From a bacterium (lineage in GTDB: Bacteria > Hinthialibacterota > Hinthialibacteria > Hinthialibacterales > Hinthialibacteraceae), in NCBI GenBank assembly GCA_041946805.1, contig JBHGBC010000066.1:1-39813 (forward strand): 39,813 bases of DNA, read 5' to 3'. This document shows positions 39,605 to 39,813 of this stretch, piece by piece (position 1 is the stretch's first letter; each line of letters opens with the position of its first letter). Under the pieces are notes generated by a model. The model was not told the DNA's origin and searched no databases. It saw nothing but the letters and a program-made list of their open reading frames with translations. A program made the translations under genes and the position numbers.

Positions 39605-39813
39605 GGCTCATCCGGCAAGTGTGTACTTTTTTCAGACCGCCGGTTTACAGTTCTGCGAAATGATCGATGAAAACCGCCCCCCAAAATCCCCTCTCCCTCT
39701 GGGAGAGGACAGGGTGAGGGTATTTTTGTAGAGGCGTACCCGGGTGTCTGCCCCCATCCCGGAGTGGATGGAATCGGTATTGCCTCATAAGGTACGCACT
39801 TCCCGGATGATCC
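39605..39813 (+). mobile_element. MITE family 1, copy 4 (209 bp), ends exactly at window end
   Basis: TIRs GGCTCATCCGGCAAGTGTGTAC / revcomp GGATCATCCGGGAAGTGCGTAC (19/22); internal repeats A and C. Confidence 0.85.

Overview
GC-rich bacterial chromosomal window with about 30 genes, mostly on the minus strand. I see no rRNA, tRNA, CRISPR array, transposase or intact prophage. Housekeeping genes: msrA (partial), degP/htrA, ubiE/menG, nth, yjbQ, acyP, mrp/apbC, a PTPS/QueD-family gene, folE, argJ and nagB. Envelope and secreted functions: two secreted proteins of unknown function, a non-catalytic FGE-fold protein, a TPR protein, two DPM1-like GT2 enzymes, a GT-C glycosyltransferase and a Maf-like protein. 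Regulation and transport: YtrA-GntR plus SPFH with a clear promoter/operator, BlaI plus an M56 protease fused to a six-blade Kelch propeller, an orphan GAF histidine kinase, and TRAP dctP-dctQ without dctM. The most unusual structure is intergenic. Nearly every spacer is a mosaic of about 8 short palindromic REP-like repeat families. Some of these hairpins sit inside two families of non-autonomous MITE-like elements: a ~205-bp family (4 copies, 22-bp TIRs, 8-bp target duplications) and a ~135-bp family (3 copies, one of which supplies the stop codon of the Maf gene). An orphan gene resembling a phage baseplate hub lies divergent from the BlaI/M56-Kelch pair. Protein family assignments rest on motif recognition only; no searches were run.
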